Shown here: piece after piece, positions 24,477 to 25,755 of the stretch | Numbering within the stretch: the stretch's first letter is position 1 | Layout: each line of letters opens with the position of its first letter | DNA from: Oligoflexus sp. | Lineage (GTDB): Bacteria; Bdellovibrionota_B; Oligoflexia; Oligoflexales; Oligoflexaceae | Direction: 5' to 3' | Length of the DNA stretch: 25,755 nt | Assembly: GCA_041736305.1 (NCBI GenBank) | Contig: JBGSTX010000365.1 | Span: 1-25,755 of the forward strand | Made by a program: the position numbers and the translations under genes | The notes under the pieces: model-generated | Told to the model about the DNA's origin: nothing | What the model saw: the letters and a program-made list of their open reading frames with translations, nothing else | Databases searched by the model: none

Positions 24477-24755
24477 GTCGGGGTTCGTCAGCTCTCTTAA
24501 TTTTGACAGTGCACTGCCCTTAAATGGCTCGTATGTATACAGGGTTTGAATGGAGTGTAAAGCTGAAAAACCCTATTAAAGCTCGAAGTTCTCGGCATCT
24601 AAGAAATTGGAACGAACAGGGACAAGCCTCCCCGTTTTGACTTTGTGAATTATTCGGCAGGATTGTCAAAGTCGCGCTGTCTGAGCGCTAGCTGCTTCCA
24701 ACGATGAAGGCAGCAGCGATTTGAGGGAGACCTGGGAGGCGAATGGGGAGCAGTC

Positions 24756-25622
24756 TCAGGAAGAGAAGATGTGGACGAGCTGCTTGAGAAGCAGTCCGCT
24801 ACTCGTGACAATGACGACGATTCTCACTAGCTTCTGACCTCTCTTCAAAACGAGACCCGATCCTAAGTAGCTGCCGCAGAGGTAGAATGCTGCCGTAGCG
24901 ATCCCAAGGCTCCAGATCAAGCGCCCTTGACTGCCAAACCAGATCAGAGCCCCTATGTTAGAAGCAAGGTTGAAAATTTTGGTCATAGCATTGGCGGTGA
25001 TAGTCCGCAGGCCGAGCCGCTCAAAGAGACTGAGAAAAAAGGTCCCCGTACCGGGCCCTAAAATACCGTCGTAAGCGGCTATCGATAACAGCCCGCCAAG
25101 GGCCAGAGGATGAAATAAACGCTGCTGTATTTTAGCTTCACTGTCGAAATCATGCATGTTTTTCGGCAAGAGTCGCCGCTGCTTCGCTTCGTCCAAGAAC
25201 CAGCGCTTGATCATGAAGGCAATGACGAAAAACAGCAGACAGGGGATCAAAATTGGTAGATTTTCTAGGACCCAGGGGTTTTGCGAGCAGCGGGCACCTA
25301 TAGCGGCTACAGCGGCGGCAGTTATGAACAGGAAAACCCATACGCCGCCATGCAGTTGGGGCAGAAGACCAGCCCGTGCATAGCGGACGACCGCGGGCAG
25401 CGAACCGATGGTCGCCAAGCACTTATTAGTGCCTAATATAAGGTGAACCGGAATACCAATGTTGAGAAGGGCCGGAACGGTAATTAGCCCGCCTCCTCCT
25501 CCAATCGAATCGACGAGTCCGGCGATGGCTGCAGCTAAGAAAAGAGGCCAAGCTTCGGCACTTAAGCCATCGAAGATTTGTGCATTAGTTTGTAGATCGA
25601 AGCTTTGCCAATTGACGCTCAC
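24756..25622 (-). CDS. TSUP (TauE/SafE, YfcA-like) family transporter
   Basis: AGLVDSIGGGGGLITVPALL, LGTNK, YDGILGPGTGTF and KIFNLASN. Confidence 0.92.
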   Translation of the reverse strand: MSVNWQSFDLQTNAQIFDGLSAEAWPLFLAAAIAGLVDSIGGGGGLITVPALLNIGIPVHLILGTNKCLATIGSLPAVVRYARAGLLPQLHGGVWVFLFITAAAVAAIGARCSQNPWVLENLPILIPCLLFFVIAFMIKRWFLDEAKQRRLLPKNMHDFDSEAKIQQRLFHPLALGGLLSIAAYDGILGPGTGTFFLSLFERLGLRTITANAMTKIFNLASNIGALIWFGSQGRLIWSLGIATAAFYLCGSYLGSGLVLKRGQKLVRIVVIVTSSGLLLKQLVHIFSS

Positions 25623-25755
25623 GAAGCTACCGTTTTTTTAGGTCCAAGGAGAGAGATCATTACGCAGCGGCTGACCAAGACTTCCGCTGAATCGAAAATT
25701 TCAACCGTGATTTCGTAGCTTTCTTTTTTGCTGTTCTTAGGGATGGGGCAGTTGC

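Noticed and set aside
24686-24720. Imperfect hairpin GCTGCTTC...GAAGGCAGC downstream of the TSUP gene
   Set aside because: There is no U-tract on either strand, so it cannot be called a terminator or ncRNA.
1-25755. CRISPR array, IS element or rRNA
   Set aside because: No regularly spaced repeats, transposase motifs or rRNA-like sequence were seen.

Overview
This is a bacterial chromosomal window of about 50% GC. The gene types suggest a delta-proteobacteria-like or Bdellovibrionota (Oligoflexia)-like host, which is inference only. It has four blocks. (1) 138-3461 is a ~3.3 kb decayed phage-derived element. It holds a Pol A fragment, a HEXXH ORF, a promoter/terminator-bounded Gly-zipper moron and a broken tyrosine integrase. 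It appears to have split a host tRNA-Gly(CCC) in the anticodon loop, and it carries its own intact, recoded tRNA-Gly(CCC) whose promoter lies inside the integrase C-terminus. (2) 3572-14440 is a Wzx/Wzy exopolysaccharide locus: acetyltransferase, GT2, ATP-grasp ligase with one in-frame TGA, flippase, Wzc-like copolymerase with a degenerate kinase, polymerase, short OPX, separate outer-membrane beta-barrel and priming phosphoglycosyl transferase. (3) 14805-17735 holds two paralogous lipoproteins with a shared 6-Cys domain and a long coiled-coil protein. (4) 17743-25622 (minus strand) holds a TSUP transporter, then a tight amtB - hybrid cheA (Hpt-HATPase-CheW-CheW-REC-CheW) - tandem soluble MA/Cache receptor cluster behind a sigma28-like promoter. 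All calls come from reading motifs by eye; no database search was run.
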